Shown in pieces: positions 26,601-39,507 of a stretch of 64,000 nucleotides of DNA (the first letter of the stretch is position 1; each line of letters opens with the position of its first letter). The position numbers and the translations under genes are program-made. The notes beneath the pieces were generated by a model that saw only the letters and a list, made by a program, of their open reading frames with translations, was not told where the DNA came from and made no database searches. Source of the stretch: Antedon mediterranea (lineage: Eukaryota > Animalia > Echinodermata); assembly GCF_964355755.1 (NCBI RefSeq), contig NC_092675.1, positions 9,171,812 through 9,235,811 of the forward strand. The letters run 5' to 3'.

Positions 26601-29600
26601 GATTCCACATAAGGGTAAAATTGTGTAATTTTATTTAGTGAGACCATTCTAACCTAATTCTGACCTTTATGGTGATAATAGGTTCAGCATAGGCACTAAC
26701 AGTAGCTGGTTCTATTATATGCATAGCCAACATACTATCTAATTTTAATTCTAATTCTGCCTGGGTACATCCCAAGGGTCTAGCATAGTTACATTATATT
26801 CCTGGTAGTGTACACTTCTCTATTTTATTTTCTACACTATCCATAACTACTTGGGGTCTATCTGAATATATACCTTCACATCTTAAGCCATCTTTAACAT
26901 TAGGGCCCTTCTTAGCTTCATTCATCCTTTGGCTCCCATCTTAGGACAATCTCCTATTTTATGGCCCTTCTCCTTACAATTAAAGCATAGGCCATTAATC
27001 CATTCATTCAAGGTTCTCTCTGTTACAAATTTGCCTCCCCTTTCTGCGATACCTTTTGTATCTTTGCTATTTTCGTGGGCCTTATATTAAATAGACATAA
27101 TTTCAGGATTTATGGCATTCCAATAGCCACGGCCACCTCTATATCCTATAAATAAATGTCACTGACTTCTCGGGCACGTCACAAATTTGCTGCCACCATG
27201 TAGTGGTAGTTAGTAGTATGGTGTTGTTTCCGAGCATATTATTCCACAATCACAAACATAATATTATGACAACTTATTATTTATTCCTATCTGTTAAAGT
27301 TATTTCCTACAAAGTTTTAATTTCTCAAAATTCTAATTTCTCATGATATAATGCAGAGGATCATGTATTTTTTACAAAAAAACTCAATACTAGAGTTTAG
27401 TATAATATCTTTTTCTATTTTTTCTTCAAAGGTTTTTAATTATGGAAGAATTTATGGAGCTGGTCAAACATTTGCTGTTCGTCTATTAATGCAGTTTAAC
27501 CATCGATTGAGTGCAGAAGAAGCAAAAGAGAAAGCAAAAACTATGTATGAATCCACTAAAGGAACACGTATGTAAGTTATATGATAAAGTTAATACAGCA
27601 CTGCAAAAACTAAACCTAATAATTAATATCAATAAGTTATATTAACTTAACTAGACCCCATAATAAGGAAACTACCTAGAACCTAGACTGAGTCTTGGCC
27701 TAGCCTAGGCCCCATAATGAGCGAACTACCTAGATTCTAGAAGGAGTCCCTGCCTATAGTCTACAGTAGCCTAGGCCCCATAATGAGCGAATGTTTAATG
27801 TTTACCTTCTTGAAACTATTTTAACTACTAAACTAAACTGGCTTAACATGATGTTTAAATGTTATTAAGTGTTTTGTACTTGTTTAGGACTAGGAAAGAA
27901 ATCATTAAATATAGTCCTCTCTGGTAGCATTAAACCAAGTTGATCTTAATGGGTTCTTTTTGATTTTATATATAATTCATTGCTTTTTACAGGTTTAAAT
28001 TGACAGAAGCAGGCATTCAGTCCATGGAATCTGTGAACATGACACCAGACAGAGATAATATCTACATTGGCTACAACAAACTCAGAACTTTAGCAAGAAA
28101 ACTTCATACCAAGTACTGTACTATTTAAACAAAATTATGTTCTATTTATTGTACATTGAATTATCCTATAGTACACTGTAGTCTGCAGTCCAGGGAGTTG
28201 GATGAGACATACTTTAAAAAAAAAGGAAAATTAATATCAATTGATACCTCCCATTTATTAAAAATTGATCTTTTCAATTGTTTTTTCTTGTAAAACAGTC
28301 AAGAACTGGTAAATGATGAACTTACCGATGGAATGGAGTGGACAGGAGGCAGGTAACAAAAACAACAACTATACAGACTATATTTAATTTTATATAATAC
28401 CTAAATAAATTCCTGACATTGTCTCATCCGCTGGTCCTGTGTACATATAGTGCACGTTAAAGAATTTGATATACTATTTGAAAAGAGTAGGGGATCGTCT
28501 CTCGTTGTGCTGATCTGGTAAGGGCTGTACTGCTGGCTGCTGTGGGTCCATTGAGGGCCTAATCCCAATTTTCTCAGTTTCCTGTTAAGCTTGAGGACTA
28601 GAATAAATGCATTTAAAAATTGTTTTAAATATAAAGCTATAGCAAAGATGACTGACATCCTAGAATTGAGAGGCCATTTACCACTAGTCAAAACAAAAAT
28701 GGTGAAGTTTTGAAGCTAATTAAAGCTGTGTAAGATCAAGACATATTTGGGCAACTTTTACTGATGCATAGCAACATTTTATAGCAAAACGTTTTTGTTT
28801 TTCCTTAGTGAGTCAGCCATGTTCAACAAGCTTGAGAGTATTGCTGGGTCATCTAAACCTAAAACGCCAGTCCTGCAATGTAGCATCAGCCGAGCATTAG
28901 AACCAGAGAGTGTTAATAATGAGGTATGTTAACAATGAAAATGTATTTTTTTTCTTTTATTTTTAGATCAATTTTAGTATTAAAATCTAAATCAAACTCA
29001 AGAGTGAATTGATATGTGGCAATTTTTAAAATATTGAATTAAAATATAATCTAAAATATACTTGGTGACAGTACTACAATATCAAATACTTTGATATTTA
29101 GATAAAATATTACTGCTAAGTCATAAAAGGGGACTTTGTATGGTATAATACTGTCATGTTTTTTTTATCATAGGCCTATGTAAAATGCAATTATTATACT
29201 ATAAAAAGTCTTTTTGTCACACCTTCATTCCTCTGAGCTGAATTCATTCTTAAATGCTAGTAGACAGGGAAAAACTACCATTTTTTCTGTCAAGGTTTTC
29301 TCAGTGGATTTTTTATCTCTATACTTTTTTTAATAAGCTTGGGGCCACCCGTATAATCTGTTTTCTCGTGCTAAGAACCCCAATTATCAATTTATAATTT
29401 ATATTGGACAAAATAAATTTCCAATAACAGTATTGTAAATAGCCAGAAGCTGAAGAATGCATAGAATGTTTGTTATTTAAAATAGGTACCACTCTGCTTA
29501 TTGATACAAACATTTAATTGTGACTATTTTGATGATTTCTATAGCAACTAAATCTTAATAATTTATCAGTTTCTGACAAGCAGAGTAAATTGGGTGGTTC

Positions 29601-30772
29601 AAAGTTCAGCTGTGGATTACCTTCACTTAATGTTGGTATGTATGCGATGGTTGTTTGACGAGTATCAAATTGATGGCCGTTTTTGCATCAGCATTCATGA
29701 CGAAGTGCGATATCTGGTGAATAGTGAGGACCGGTATCGGGCTGCTCTGGCGCTTCAAATCACAAACATACTTACTCGTTCTGTGTTTGCATATAATGTT
29801 GGTATGCATGATTTACCGCAGGTAAACTAAACATAAATATGTAGTTTAAAGTTTTAAATCAAGATTTAGACTGTAACTCTTAACTCTTGAAAAATTGTTC
29901 CTAAAGCCTATTGTCCACTAGCTAAATTTTTTTGCGCGATTCAAAAGCATCAGCATTGCACATGCATCTCTTTCTGTAACAAGTTTTTTGCTTCAGCAAA
30001 ATTAGAATTTTGAATAGTTTCTATTTACAAAGCAAAACATTTTGCAACCAACACCTAAGAAAATGAGTTGTTACACTTTCATGAGCACTCATGTAAATAG
30101 GCTCATCAGATATGCAATGGAATGAAATTCATTCTTGCAGTGAACATGTATAAAATGGTAGCACACATTTTTTCTCTGCAAAGTGAAAAACAGGCTTTAG
30201 AAGTAAAAAATCGTTGATACACTGTATATTCTATGGATACATGGATATGACCTGCCTACTCTGCTCGATTCAAAGTCATTTGGTGAAAAGTGTGTGTTTT
30301 TATGGACTAATTTAAAATGAAACAAGATAAATACTTTTTCATTCTTCTTGTAGTCTGTGGCTTTCTTTAGTGCTGTTGACATTGACACTGTATTGCGGAA
30401 AGAGGTGACAATGGACTGCAAATCTCCATCTAACCCTCATGGCTTAGAGAAAGGCTATGGAATCCCTCTGGGTAAGTTAAATGTACACACAGTAATTAAG
30501 TAAAACGTTATTGTAGAAAATAAAGACGGGACAAGATTTTCAATGCTAAACCAATGATTAGAAAATCTGTAAAATCAATCTGACTCAAACGAAATACAAA
30601 TATAGTGCTATTAATTCAGCTGATTCGAAGGCTATGTAAAAAGGAGTAAACATACCAGTCATGCATAATTATTAATTTGTAATTCTTTTGTTCTACAGGA
30701 GAGGAAATGGACATTATAAAAATATTGAATATAACACAAGGATCTTTAGAAAAGCAAACTGAACAAAAGTAG
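11616..30772 (+). CDS. POLG: Mitochondrial DNA polymerase gamma catalytic subunit, 21 coding exons, about 1169 aa
   Basis: GT-AG exons with matching phases: 11616-12199, 12676-12865, 13054-13218, 14724-14870, 15053-15132, 17986-18168, 18418-18711, 19026-19280, 19373-19436, 21729-21830, 22927-23084, 24334-24505, 25291-25426, 26277-26383, 27432-27571, 27993-28112, 28299-28352, 28809-28923, 29570-29821, 30354-30471, 30699-30772 (sum 3510 nt, stop TAG). Motifs: ExoI VFDVEVC, Exo[10 protein letters not shown], ExoIII YCAQDV, Pol[11 protein letters not shown], Pol[14 protein letters not shown], Pol[10 protein letters not shown]. The start codon and the 64-nt exon are the least certain parts. Confidence 0.96.
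13300..14612 (-). mobile_element. Non-autonomous Helitron in a POLG intron
   Basis: The minus strand begins A|TCTATATATA (14612) and ends with the hairpin ctagatggtacgcgagcgaagcgagcgtaccatCTAG|T (13300). This gives 5'-TC, 3'-CTAG, an A/T target and no TSD. Confidence 0.85.
15663..15752. repeat. Inverted repeat with 39-bp arms and a 12-nt loop
   Basis: aaagtttaccaaaatcagacattgggaagtgggttaatt / aattaacccacttcctaaagtccgattttggtaaacttt, about 3 mismatches. Confidence 0.85.
16030..17930. repeat. 17-bp minisatellite (atccattactgtatgta)n, roughly 110 copies, intronic in POLG
   Basis: Continuous tandem array with variants tgta/tgca/taca and act/att. Degenerate related units at about 15190-15440. 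Confidence 0.97.
19458..21550. mobile_element. Foldback/MULE-like element with about 350-bp inverted arms containing 16-bp tandem repeats
   Basis: 19465-19815 (gtcaactcggcctcac repeats, then ...ctgggcctgatcgtttttc...) is the reverse complement of 21240-21548. Candidate 9-bp TSD TAAAACAAA at 19449-19457 and 21551-21559. Confidence 0.85.
20203..20537 (-). mobile_element. 5' end of a PIF/Harbinger element with a transposase N-terminal remnant
   Basis: The minus strand starts TAA|AGGGGCATTCCCAC. ORF 20382-20203 reads [44 protein letters not shown]..., resembling the FRM...I.K.DT.FR segment of Harbinger transposases. The other end was not found. Confidence 0.6.
25702..26056. mobile_element. MITE with about 55-bp TIRs and an internal degenerate tRNA-like segment (minus strand)
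   Basis: cagtggctacctctacgcctatcgcagatacaatccc... versus ...gggattgtatctacgactaggcgtatatgcagccacta. Confidence 0.75.
27655..27792. repeat. Degenerate tandem repeat of about 55-65 bp (taggccccataatgagcgaactacctaga core)
   Basis: The core occurs three times. Confidence 0.65.
29905..30196. mobile_element. Degenerate Harbinger-like MITE
   Basis: TAA|agcctattgtccactagc ... gcaagtgaaaaacaggct|TTA: imperfect TIRs with TWA flanks. Confidence 0.5.
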
Positions 30773-33700
30773 AAGAGAAACTGGTAATATAAACACAATC
30801 AAAGATACAGAATACAGAACCATTAAATCCAAATGTTTTGTCAGTTTTTTACTTGATTAAAAATTAAGATGTGTAAATAAAATTAATGAATTTGTAAATC
30901 TCTGTGTGTAGAATCTTTTATCTGTAATATAACTATTTAGTTGAATAATCATTGTTAAAGTATGCAATGATTGACTGAAGATGAACAGGATAGAACATTG
31001 TTGAAGAAGTTGTACACCTTGTCATCTTAGTGGCTTACTTTGGATTTTCCAATATTTATAACCTCTATTGTATGTCATTACAATTCTGTAAATGAAAGCA
31101 ATGTGAAAATATTTTTTTTAATCAACAAAAAGCACAAAAACCAATTTTACAAGATAAAATGAATAAAACATAAATATATGTAGTAGAATGCCTCATTTGA
31201 GAGACACTTTCCTTTGAAACCAACTTCTATTTAGGGGTCTGTAATACTGAAATAATATTTTGTTAAATCGAAAACCTATAGAAAAAAAGCTAGTGTATAT
31301 AACTTTTATATGTACCATATTTATTGGTATAAATGCCCTGTGGCAGTTATTGCTTGGACATGGTTTATTTGAGGGAGGCATTTATTCGAGGGAGCCGGTT
31401 ATTTACAGTGCATGTACATTGCTAAAAGATAGTGTAACATAATATAGTGGGAATTGGATATCTAAAAACACAGTGAAAGAAAAGGCTTGTACAGTATAAT
31501 CAAATAAATTCCCCCCAGATATGAAAAAATTTAAAAATACAACACAACTATTAATATCAAGTGCTATATATTAACTATTGTATAAAATGCTTGATGATAA
31601 GTCAATGAATTCTACTACAAATAGAACTGTGTTATAATACAGTATTGTGTACATATGCATGTGGCAGGGTGTTAATTCAAATAAATACAGTAAATATTAA
31701 CAGTAGGAAAATAAAATTTAAAAATTTTTAAAAATGGTTGCAAAATGAGAGATACACTCCCTTATTAGGTATCAGACGGTCATTCTAAATAACTACGTAA
31801 ATTAAAAACTCCATTCATGACAAACAATAATATAAGAATTAAATATAAATAAGTTTTAAATAAACACAAACTAAACCAAAAGAACAAAAACAAACAAAAG
31901 TAAACAATATGCAAACATTCTTTTTAGGATAATTTAAAAAATAACCAGAAAATAACATTAATTCATAATTAACACATAAACTTGAATACTACTGGGCATA
32001 TTATATCATTTTTTACAAAAAAGAAACAATAATGTTCATATTATCACAAGCAACAGAAATGATTGTGGGTCATGCTCAAATTACTTTAAAGGTTCCTATA
32101 GGTTCCTCCAAAATAAAGATCAAAACTATATTTACAATAACAACACTATATTATTATGTAATGTATTACTAATGTGATTTTTTTCATATTTACAAACAAA
32201 ACATGGTATTTAATGCAAGTAAACATTTAAATAATTTCTAATAACTATTATTTAATTAATAATAATTATACAAATTCACTAGTATAAGATAAATATTATT
32301 TTCCATTTAAAAACATTGAAATATACAAAGAATGAATTAAAATATTTTGGTGCCCTATTATCAACTAGTCTTGTTTATGCTTCCCATAACAACTGAAACC
32401 ATAAGGAAATGTTTGTACTGTAAAATTTAAATGGATAGAAAGATGTGAAAGAGAAAGTATAAACATTACAGAGGCATCTATTATTGTTACCAATAATTAT
32501 GTAGCCCACAATTATGCCTACAAGATAACTAAGCTGATTTAATGTTTTAATTAAATATTTTCAAATTGACATGATTTAATTGAATCTTTACAATTCAAAT
32601 CTCATCTGATATTAATAACTTTACAAAATAATATTCAATATTTTGGAAACCTAAATCCAAAAGATGACCTTGTATACATGTTAATATCTAAGGCAATACA
32701 TATATAAATTTTGAAAGACATGGCATTTAATGTATAACCTAAATATTAAGAAGTAATTCTTTAGGTTTTAATGTTCGTGGAATAATCTACTACTACATAG
32801 TAAATCATTTAGGTGATCATTTAGAATAAATTATTATTATTATTTATTTTTTTCTGTACACTATTTTGTGTAACAATTATTTCTGAAAGTTAGATTTTAT
32901 CAGTCATACTGTATATCTATAAATTCGTCATCACATATTTTATCACATTTACTATACAGGTCATGGGTACAAATATTGGCAAAAAAAAAATATGCGCACA
33001 CAAGGTCATGCTCGGAAAAATCATGCGTTAAAAATGCTTAAAATTATGTTTTGATCAATTTAGGAGATGAATTAGGCCATTTCCGTGACAAAACAATTAC
33101 GCACAAAACACGTTTTTACACGAGCGAGAAGCATACAAAATATGAATTGTTTGTACAAATCGCATTCTACTAATCGTCCTTAGTACATTTACCAAATTTG
33201 AAACAGTTCCAACTTCAAAAAGCAGGTTAAAAATGCGCACATTAATTTAAAAAAAGTGCTGAAAATGGTAAAAAATAAGGCCTTTTTAAAATGGAAAGAC
33301 ATTGAGTTGTAGATATGAATTCACGTACACATTTGACGAGTTTTTTCTCTTTCTTCATAGACTATCATATTCAACAGAGTGCATCTCGCTTATCTGTGAT
33401 TGATTTTATTTCCAATTTTAATATGTCCAAGTTCAACCAATTATCTTTCTCTTAAGTTTTTAAAATTTGATGACGCCTAAAAATTTGAATAACGTTGGTT
33501 GTGTAAAATTAAATCTTTTGGAAATCATTATATTCCGAAATTGTCATTTTCATATTTGATATTGATAACATCATCATACCAAAAGAAAATAGAACGTTTA
33601 TATGCATAGTTACCAACCGTCTCGGATCGTGCGGGACAGTGGTCCCGCAAATCAAATGATTTTGAAACACACATGCGTGACCACATATTAGTGATAATTT

Positions 33701-35240
33701 CACAATTCGAGAGGAAAATGCATTAAAATGAATTGGTATATTTTAAAAGTATACAACATTATGCGAGTATTCATATTATTTTATAACAACACACCAATCA
33801 ACTTTTCTTTTTCTTTGTTAATTATAATACAGTAGTTTTCCATGCCTCAAACAAAGGTGTAGGATAATATTTTTTTTTTTAACAGAACAGAATCAAATCA
33901 TGGAATAAATAAAAGGCTTCATGGAATAACCTACTACAAAATATGATATCAAATTAAATGTCTACAGGAATAAAGGATTGAAATTGAAGATGGAACGTGG
34001 GATGCTTGTTAATACATACATGGATTAAAATAAAGGAATGATTATAGAACATTTTGACTGCAATGCTAAACAGTAAACATTTGCTAAAACAATCATTAAT
34101 TTATATTTATATGTTATTATTCAAATGTATTTGTTGCATAAATGAAAGCTCAGCATTGATATTGCACATTGGATCTCAAATCCATTTTTTACTAAAATTA
34201 ATTTCCGTTTATATGATTATCATTCTTTTAAAGGGGAGCTTATGCGATCTATAATTAAGGAAACAGTATCACTATATTTCACTTTTGATTTCAGACACAT
34301 TTTACAGATTGCACCCGAAGTACAACACCATATATCATTGGGATTCTGTGTTCATGTTGGATACTATTTATTTAACATAGTAGATTATACTATCTTAACC
34401 ATTTTAATTAGTTCATTTATTTCATAATCACCATTAACAATTAAAAAGCATTTTTTGGGGTTTTTTTTCATGTAAAAATGTCAAAATAGAGTACTAAATT
34501 AGTTCTACACCTTAATCATGATGTGACAAAATGAATCAAGGCTTGAAAAAAAAATCATCCTTAAAAATAACATTCCTATGTCAAGTAAAATTACAATATC
34601 AAACACTTTGCCATGACATTATGGCAACAACTTTACATGCAAATTAAATTACTGAATGGAATGAAAACAAGAAATACAGTCGTATAAAAATATTTTATAT
34701 ATTATTAAAATTCGAAAGTTACAATACTATAGACGCCAATGTGCATATAAAATCCATATATATAAATACATAAAACCTGTTCTGTACTTTTTATATTACA
34801 ATAAAACATTTAAAGATGTGTAAATTTTAAAACGTAGTTTTTAATTATATGAAATACAGTAGAGGAAACAAATCTTGTCCAAAATTATTAATTTTTTTTT
34901 TTAAACATTGCTACTTTGGCATGATTGACTTTAACTCAATAACTATATTTTTTAGTACATATTTCAATGTGGTAAGTAGTATGGACACCTGCAGTAGTTT
35001 AATGAAGAAGAAGTATTAAATTTAATTCACAAATTTATAAATGTATAAAGTTGCATATTTCTTACTCTACAAGCAACAGCAGTTAAAACTTTATTTTTCT
35101 GTTGTCAATATTTCTCCCACACTGCAACGTAACTAGATGGCTTTCACAATGATCTGAATGAGGATGTACACTATGTAATTTGCTATGCAAGAATTCAACG
35201 GTGTAGTGAAATTGTATCACATTTGTACAGTCTGTAACAT

Positions 35241-37772
35241 TTAGCACTCATCCATATTATATGGATTTAAAAGTGGAAGCATTTCTTCAGCCAATTCTTG
35301 TTGGTTTATTTCCATTATAGTCTTTTCCATTCTATCGATACCTTCTGTCATTGGCATATCATTTTCCTCAACACTCAAATTTGTTTGTTCTTCCATGTAA
35401 CAACACTGTTGATTTTCAGTTGGCTCTTTACATAAGGCACGTTTGGGTGCTTCCAAACGAATGTGCCGTTTTCTTTTTATAGCTCTAGCACTGTTGTTGA
35501 GCTGTGCAATTATTTTTACTATAGGATGTGTAGAATCCAAGCCTTTTTGACTTTTATTGTTTTCTTTTCTTTCAACATTTTCAACAATACTGTTAAAATG
35601 GTTTCCACTTATTTGGTCGTTAGTAAAACTGGCGTCTTTAATTGATGTTATTGGTTCATTTACATTTTCAACACTTGCATCATCGATGTATGATTTTGGA
35701 GCTGAAAGATCAATTGCATCAACATTTGTCGGGGGTGTGGGTAATGAGTGATAGATAATTTCATTTGGCTTTTTGTCTTCAATCCCATGCTTTACCTTCA
35801 TGTGTCTTTTCCAATTACCTTTAAGGTTAAAGCGACTTGAACAAACACGGCATTTAAATGGTTTGGAGCCACTATGAAGAATCATATGGTTTGTTAGGTT
35901 TCGTTCACGGCTGAACGATCTTTGGCAAACGCTGCATGTAAATGGCTTGTCTTCTCGATGAACAATCATATGGGCTTGTAATGTATGTTTTTCCTTGAAA
36001 GCTTTTTGACATTGTTCGCACTTGTAAGGTCGAACGTCACTGTGTGTACGTAAATGTCGTTTAAGGTTTGCATCTTGACAAAACCCACGACCGCATTTAG
36101 GACATTTATATGGTTTCACACCCATATGTGTAAACATGTGTTTTTTCAAATGAGCTAAAAGCATAAATTCCATTCCGCATTCTTTACAAATATGAGGGCG
36201 CACTCCACTATGTCTCATTTTATGCAACAGCAACTGGCTAGGATAAGAGAATTTGCGATCGCACTGATCACAATCATACCGTCCATGATTACCTTGTAAG
36301 AGAAGATGTCGCTGAAGGTGACCCGGAGTTGCAAAATCTTTGCCACACATAACACATATGTTGTTCTTAGCTGGGTGGGGTTTAGCCATATGAGCGCGGT
36401 ACTCGCTGGGATAAACAAATTTTCTACCGCACTGATCACATTTAAACGGCGCATCATCACTGTGCCGTAACATATGCTTCTTCAAATGTCCACTTTGCTT
36501 GAAGGTTTTGCTACAAACCTGACAAGCATACAGATTCTTACCTCCTATACGAATGGTACGATAGAGTCCTTTACGCGAAATGCCACCTGTCCTTGGAATA
36601 GTACTGGAATTATCTGTTTCAATCTCAACTTTTGCGTCATCAGCAGTGATTTCTTTTTTCTCTCCATGCTTCAATTTGATGTGTGTTTTTAAGTTACTTT
36701 TCAAATTAAATCGTGAACTACAAATGTTACACTTAAATGGTTTTATTCCATTATGTAATCGTTCATGACTTTCCAAGTTAAATTTACGACTAAAACCTTT
36801 ACCACAGTGTTTACACGCAAATGGCTTGCTTTGGCTATGAACAATCATATGGGCTTTCAATGTTTGTTTCTGTGCAAATTTTTTATCACAGACTTCACAT
36901 TTATATGGCCGTAAACCTGTGTGTATGAACATATGACGTTTAAGGTTGCCTTCAAGACTAAATGATTTCTTACAGACTGAACATTCATGTTCCTTCTCTC
37001 CTGAATGTGTTTTTTGGTGTTGTTTCAGATGAGTTGGTTGTAGAAATTGCATGCCACATTCACCACAAATGTGTGGCCGAATGTCTTTGTGACGCTTTAT
37101 ATGCGCCGACAGCTGATGAGGAAACTGGAATGTTTTATCGCATTCTTCACATCGCAGTGGTCCATGGCTCTCGTGATATGCAATATGCCGCTGCAAATGT
37201 CCTATGGTAGAGAATGTCCGTCCACAGACGCCACAACAATTGTCTTTGGTGGGATGTGGCTTTGCCATGTGAGATTGCAGCTCGCTAGCATATGCAAACT
37301 TGCGTCCACATTGGCTACAGACATATGGAGCAAGTTCAGAATGTGTAAGCATGTGACGTTTCAAGTGGCTCGTCTGTGTGAAAGATCTACTACAAACGTT
37401 ACAAGAGTGTGGCTTAACTTTTTCATGTGTTAGTTTGTGCGTGGCAAGATGTCCTTGTTGACGAAATGATTTTCCACAAACATTGCAAATGTAAGGCCGT
37501 ATGCCACTGTGTGACAGCAAGTGGCTTTGTAAACTATGTTTTGATTGGTAGATTTTGGGGCATTGATTACACTGCCAACATCGTTTACCATCACGTTCTA
37601 TCGCAAAACTTTCATCCACAAACGCAGGGATATAATTGTTTGGGGTTGTCTTCAACCTCACTTCAGTCTGCAGTTGCTCTCCCTCAGATGTTAAATCTCC
37701 TGCCAGTTCTTCAATTTCTTGTTTCACAAATACTTTATCCAAGGCTGACACTGTTGTATTTTCGTCCTCCAT
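35241..37772 (-). CDS. ZNF710: C2H2 zinc-finger protein of the ZNF710/ZNF366 family, 20 fingers, about 843 aa, single coding exon
   Basis: Open ORF. Splice acceptor ttcttcag ends at 37798, followed by ATG at 37772 (MEDEN). Family-diagnostic fingers FTQTSHLKRHM, FAYASEL, CGMQF..HLKQH, QKQTLKAHMIVHS, KPFKC..CSSRFNLKGN..RHMKVKHG, and upstream VDESFAIE..RCWQC. Probably co-orthologous to vertebrate ZNF710 and ZNF366. Confidence 0.9.
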   Translation of the reverse strand: MEDENTTVSALDKVFVKQEIEELAGDLTSEGEQLQTEVRLKTTPNNYIPAFVDESFAIERDGKRCWQCNQCPKIYQSKHSLQSHLLSHSGIRPYICNVCGKSFRQQGHLATHKLTHEKVKPHSCNVCSRSFTQTSHLKRHMLTHSELAPYVCSQCGRKFAYASELQSHMAKPHPTKDNCCGVCGRTFSTIGHLQRHIAYHESHGPLRCEECDKTFQFPHQLSAHIKRHKDIRPHICGECGMQFLQPTHLKQHQKTHSGEKEHECSVCKKSFSLEGNLKRHMFIHTGLRPYKCEVCDKKFAQKQTLKAHMIVHSQSKPFACKHCGKGFSRKFNLESHERLHNGIKPFKCNICSSRFNLKSNLKTHIKLKHGEKKEITADDAKVEIETDNSSTIPRTGGISRKGLYRTIRIGGKNLYACQVCSKTFKQSGHLKKHMLRHSDDAPFKCDQCGRKFVYPSEYRAHMAKPHPAKNNICVMCGKDFATPGHLQRHLLLQGNHGRYDCDQCDRKFSYPSQLLLHKMRHSGVRPHICKECGMEFMLLAHLKKHMFTHMGVKPYKCPKCGRGFCQDANLKRHLRTHSDVRPYKCEQCQKAFKEKHTLQAHMIVHREDKPFTCSVCQRSFSRERNLTNHMILHSGSKPFKCRVCSSRFNLKGNWKRHMKVKHGIEDKKPNEIIYHSLPTPPTNVDAIDLSAPKSYIDDASVENVNEPITSIKDASFTNDQISGNHFNSIVENVERKENNKSQKGLDSTHPIVKIIAQLNNSARAIKRKRHIRLEAPKRALCKEPTENQQCCYMEEQTNLSVEENDMPMTEGIDRMEKTIMEINQQELAEEMLPLLNPYNMDEC

Positions 37773-39507
37773 TGTTTTTTTGGTGTCACAAACAAATCTG
37801 AAGAAATAGATAATAGAAATTAAATCTTTCAAAAATTGTTAAAAATATGCATTATTATAATATAACCTTATTGTTTGCAACATGGACCTATAAATTACTC
37901 AAGTCTACAAAAATCCAAAACTCAGTCATAGATATAGCTTTCGTGTTGATAAAGCGTCTGAATGATTATATCTTCTGAGAAATAACTGCCTAAAACGTGG
38001 TGCGTAAAAACATTATAAAAACTTCAATTAAGTATTATGGATCCTATATAGGCCTACTCTGTGACCTGTAAAGAGAGAATAAAAAATATATAGATATATA
38101 ATAATTAGCATAATAAATACTCAATTATAGTTATGGTTATATTGTGACCATCAATATCCTTAATAAACCACAATTGCCTGATTTTCTTATTTGTTGGGCC
38201 TGACCAGAATTTGGAGGGGGACAACACGCAAGTCGTGGGAACAGTTTATAGATACAGTAGTATTACGTTTCATTTCATACACAGAATCCAGGTACACCAT
38301 CTTAATTACTGTTTTACCACATCAGACAGCAGCCACCCTCTTGTACTAAGACATGTGAGACTGAGAGGTTGCGGTAAAATATTGCGTTTCATGCCATGTG
38401 ACCAAAAAAACTAGGTCTGTATTAATTAAGTGACTGACTGAACGTTCTGAATGAATTTGTTACGATCTTTTTTGTCGGCATACTGTAGTTTCTGGATCAC
38501 TGGACGTTTGCTACAGTATATTATTTTAAATTAGTTTTTCCAGTTCGTTGAGGTTCACTGGTGGTGTTGCATCGTGTGTCTACGTTTACATCGTGGGAAA
38601 TTTATACGCCATTGAGTAGGAAAACGCGCACGAAGGAAACGATTTCGATTAAAAAAACCAAATTCAATGATTGAATAAAGCTCTATCTACTGTATATTTA
38701 TTTACAGCAATTTGTTGAGGAAATTAAACATATCAATGTAAATTGGTGGTATTGATACAGTTAAGTACAGTACGTATCGGCTGGTGGGCTTAGAAAAACA
38801 AATGGATGCTATAATACATTAACTACAGTACATGATACCAAAGCTATTATAGTGCATATTAATACACTTCATAGCCACACATAAATCCTGTAGGTCCAAT
38901 TTTTTGATGTACAGTACATCGGAAGGCTATACTTTTTATGCATGCTGACTGCCAGTGTTATTTAAACAATGGTACACGGTTTTAGTGCGGTATTTGCGTC
39001 AATATCATGTTACATCCAAATTTGTATTTATTTTTCAGTTGAAAATTCGGGGAATTGAAGAAGGTACTGTACTGTAGTGTATGAGTTATTCACGAACGAA
39101 TTTTTCAATTTACAGTACGAATAACCTTTTGTACTGTGGGGCACGTATTTGGAGGATTTTCAGAGATGAGGCAAGGGTATTGGGCATGTCGGGATGGTTC
39201 GCAGGGTGAATCCGTTCGAAGTAAATTCGCCCGAACCATAAAAAAAAAACCCGGCTACGGGCCTGTAACATATTTTTATTTATTTATTTATTACCATATT
39301 TACTGAGGGTAGCCTATCCAGTTCCTAATAGAACTGATCATTCAGGGCCCTCGATAAAACAAACATACAGTACAACACATAAAATATTAAATATTCAAAT
39401 GACATAAAATATATTAAACTTAAAGGCTTAAAAATTTACAATGATTATATAAAATTCATATAAAAGTTAAAATCGTTGACAGATAAATATATATATATAC
39501 ATAGTAT

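Noticed and set aside
35463-37801. Several plus-strand ORFs overlapping the zinc-finger gene
   Set aside because: Antisense shadows of a long coding exon, with no recognisable motifs.
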